Below, one piece after another: positions 62,523 through 64,000 of a stretch of DNA of 64,000 bases (position 1 is the first letter of the stretch; every line of letters starts with the position of its first letter). The position numbers were made by a program, and so were the translations under genes. This DNA is from Eledone cirrhosa (Eukaryota): contig OZ024758.1 of NCBI GenBank assembly GCA_964016885.1, positions 19,034,001-19,098,000 on the forward strand, in the 5' to 3' direction. The notes beneath the pieces were generated by a model. That model was not told where the DNA came from, ran no database searches, and saw only the letters and a program-made list of their open reading frames with translations.

Positions 62523-63091
62523 GTGTAAGCGTGTATGTACATGTGTTTGTCTATGTGTATATATATATACATATATATATGTGTAGGAGTGTATCTATAT
62601 GTATGTATCTACGCGTATGCATAAGTTAGATGTTGTTCGTGTGATAATGTGCTACTTGTAAAATAAAATTCTTTATAATAAGAATAAGCAGGCAATTTTC
62701 AATTCATTCTTTTTCATGTCTCGCACTCTTCTTTCCCCCTCTCTATATAGAGTTGGTATTTCTCTAATAAGGTTGGTGTTTTTCTTGGAAGCAGTGACAC
62801 GCTGTGTCGCACACACAGACACATAGTCTTACTAAAGTCTAGTCATTGGATGTTTAACGCTAAAGAGGATATGTAGCGAACATACTTCCGGATTCATAAA
62901 CTCTATTAAGAGAGCTATTGTGCCTAACGTGGAAGATACAAATGATTAGAAACGAAGAAAAACAAACAAAAAAGAAAACATAACGCGCACACTCACATAC
63001 ACACACCTCCACACCCACACACACACGATCTCACACTCTCTCACACACACAAGCCGACACGCATATATATATTTATATTGACGTTCACCCA

Positions 63092-63158
<67 letters not shown>

Positions 63159-63411
63159 GCCACACTTACACAAACACACAAACAGGTTAATATCGAAAGT
63201 GAAAGTAGATCCAAGAAACAAAGATATATAAAGAATAGAATTTACAAACAAGTAAACGAAGTATATGTTGAATACTTTATCAATGAAATATTAACAATAG
63301 TAATACTAATAACAAGATGTGTCCTAGCATGGTTACTGCTTACTGATTGACACCTCTCGAAGATAGAGAAAAAGTTAATACTAATTATAATAGTGTTAGT
63401 GATATTATTCA

Positions 63412-63455
<44 letters not shown>

Positions 63456-63742
63456 TTTTGAATACAGTTGGTGCATATACAATTGTGTCTGAAAGTACTG
63501 CTAATGCCGATACAAGAACTACTGGTAAAACAAATAGAAACATAATACTAATACTAATAATACAAATATTAATAAAATGAACGAAAACAAGAATAAACAT
63601 AAATATGACAGCGACAGTAAAAAGAAGAGATATATATGACAAAACAATACAGATAAAAGATCGAGACTTCAGTGAACGTATATAATGAAAAAATATTGAA
63701 TTTAATTTCAGAACAGGCAGCACAACAAACATATATACACAC

Positions 63743-63821
<79 letters not shown>

Positions 63822-63908
63822 CATATATACATATATATAAATACATATATATATAAATACATATATATATATATATATATAAATACATATATATATATAT
63901 ATATATAA

Positions 63909-63981
<73 letters not shown>

Positions 63982-64000
63982 ATATACTAACACTAAAGGA

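Overview
AT-rich, microsatellite-saturated, almost entirely non-coding eukaryotic DNA. The SINE types and (TA)n density suggest an octopus/coleoid cephalopod; this is inference, not a database result. Nearly all listed ORFs are translations of (TA)n, (TG)n, (GA)n or trinucleotide repeats. Supported content: about 20 copies of a tRNA-derived SINE with a Meta/MESC-like core, a second tRNA-SINE, four fragments of one RTE-type LINE (one with a twin-priming-type 5' inversion), a DINE-1/Helentron-like element, decayed Penelope-like (PLE) RT/GIY-YIG remnants, and a few candidate host exons. The main signal is that the short sequence islands inside (TA)n tracts belong to at least ten distinct families carrying type I hammerhead ribozyme (HHR) folds. 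Several have family-wide non-canonical cores (U4A; U3-A8 compensatory pair; A13C) or very long stem II. Many islands are fold-back palindromes, some with the turning point inside ribozyme stem II. This looks like a population of TA-microsatellite-associated, ribozyme-bearing PLE pseudo-LTR mini-elements. All folds were made by eye and none is experimentally shown to cleave.
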